From Amphiscolops sp. MND2022 (Eukaryota), in assembly GCA_964187785.1 (NCBI GenBank), contig OZ076409.1:27468001-27532000 (forward strand): a DNA stretch of 64,000 nucleotides. Reading direction: 5' to 3'. The notes under the pieces are model-generated. The model was not told the DNA's origin. It saw only the letters and a program-made list of their open reading frames with translations, and did no database searches. Shown here one piece after another: positions 62,258-64,000 of this stretch. The translations under genes and the position numbers were made by a program. The number at the start of each line of letters is the position of its first letter. Within the stretch, counting starts at the first letter, position 1.

Positions 62258-64000
62258 TCAGGAGATAAATTGCAGTGCTGGTAAGCCTGGAAAGCAGGCT
62301 CGCGTCACGGATGTTGCAAACTTTTTGCTTTCTAGCACACTTTTTGTTCACCTATGGCCACCGCAACACTTGCCATTGCAACCGGTGGGTCGGTAATGGG
62401 AAAAACGGTGGCAACGGATTGATTACCCTGGTTTGTCACACCAGACCGGAACGGTTGTCACAATATCGTATATAATAAATATATTAAAAGTGAGTTTGAC
62501 TTCCGGTTTCTGAATTGACGAGGTTTTATATCGAATATTGAAAGTTTGAAAATATCTCAAAAAGTTCATACTTAAAATTTTGCTAGTTGACAAGGTGAGA
62601 GTGGGTCCGAAACTAACCGAGCAACCGACCACAATGTTTAAAATTTACTTTTCTTTTACAAACTACGATGTTATATGTAATTACATTTTACACTCAGTAG
62701 TCTTCGTTAATAATGTATTGTATACAACTTCGTAACATTTTAGTGAAGGATTGAAATTTTTGTTTATCGAAGTGAAACATTTTTTGCCGAACGTGCAATC
62801 TATAAAATTGGAATAACTCAAGACGGTGCCGACTTGTCTAATGGAGGACCCTTTGAGCTAGAAAAACGTTTTTTCCTTACTGAACACATCATTCGGTGAA
62901 ATGAAACCCAAACGAGTAGTTTTCAGGCTCGAAAAAGTTATTTTTGATTTAAAAACATGAAAAGAAACCTATCGAAAAACCTAAAGAGGACTTATTGCTT
63001 CTGCCTAGTTCTACAAACGTGAAAAATTTGTCCTTCGCGTGATTTGAACCAAGAACCAACGTACTCCTGCCTCCAAACCACGCGTCCTATCCATGGGCAG
63101 GCTAGGAAACTAAGTGAAGAAACCTATAAAATTCATAAAATCTATCTGTTCGAGTGGTTTCGAAGTCACTATTATTGTCCGGGCTTAATATTGAAAGCAC
63201 TGACTAAAATCGAATAGAGCTTCCAATAGTTCTCTTAAAATAGAAACAACAGAGCTTAGACCGACTTTTGTTCAATGTTATCCGGAAACTGTAAACTGAC
63301 TTGAGCTGAAATCGTTTCATAATGCTTAATTTTGAATTCGTACAAGTTTGCTAAATTTTGGTTTAGTTCGCCACGCTTTGCTAGTATATTTTCCTGAATC
63401 CAGTCTCGGAAATCAAGCTACGTGTATTCGGGAAACATAATTTAGCATTCTAATGGCTTCAAGCTGCGATCCAGTTGAATGTTTGCCCGTTATGAGACAT
63501 TCCGTGAAATATATCTGTTAGTTCTAAATCAGATGAAAGTAGATTTACTTCGTCTCAAACTAGTTTCCGCAAGAAAACTTACTTGTATTTGTTGTTCAAG
63601 TTACGTAAAGTTGTAGTTGAAGTATTAAAAAGTACCTGCAGGCTTAAAATATCTTGATGTTCGATTTCTGCCTACGGTGATAGAATTCAGTTTTCAAACA
63701 AATGGAATTTTGTTTGTTTGCCATTACAGGCGATATTGAGTTAACATTTGCCAAATGATATTCACATGTTGCCGAATAGATCTAGAGACTAGAGATTTGA
63801 AAGTAAAGAGATTTGACTAAACCAAAATTTCAGAGAAGTTCTCGGAATGGTGGTAATATTATTCATGCAATAAAGTTGTGAAGTATGTTCTGAAGGAATT
63901 TTATATTGACACTGAGATACGCCAGGTAGAAACCAAGCTAAGTAGCAATTCTCTGATAAGTCGAATTCAGAAATTTGCAAATAGTTTGTCGGATTTTTTT

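Overview
AT-rich, repeat-dominated eukaryotic (invertebrate-like) DNA in which I can support no host protein-coding gene. It holds three LTR retrotransposons. (A) A minus-strand non-autonomous or deleted element at 130-4200 with ~1.35-kb LTRs. (B) An old, decayed Mag-like Ty3/Gypsy element at 4548-10476 with 191-bp LTRs and an AAACT TSD. (C) A young 15.6-kb minus-strand Ty3/Gypsy element at 33763-49325, inserted into a hAT remnant, with a MULE-like MITE inside one LTR. The most striking feature is the element C polyprotein: after the normal integrase C-terminus it carries an AT-hook, a Cys4 motif and two tandem TARG1/OARD1-like macrodomains (the second masked by a 1-nt frameshift). It also has an apparent pseudo-protease directly upstream of the active protease. 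Other content: a near-identical 5.7-kb tandem duplication (16100-27525), a CORE/Deu-like tRNA-SINE, HINE/DINE-like repeats, a FLYWCH-only MULE derivative, a CR1/L2-type LINE relic, a degenerate ~180-bp satellite and a 304-bp spacerless palindrome. All alignments and difference counts were made by eye, and domain calls rest on recalled family motifs rather than database searches.
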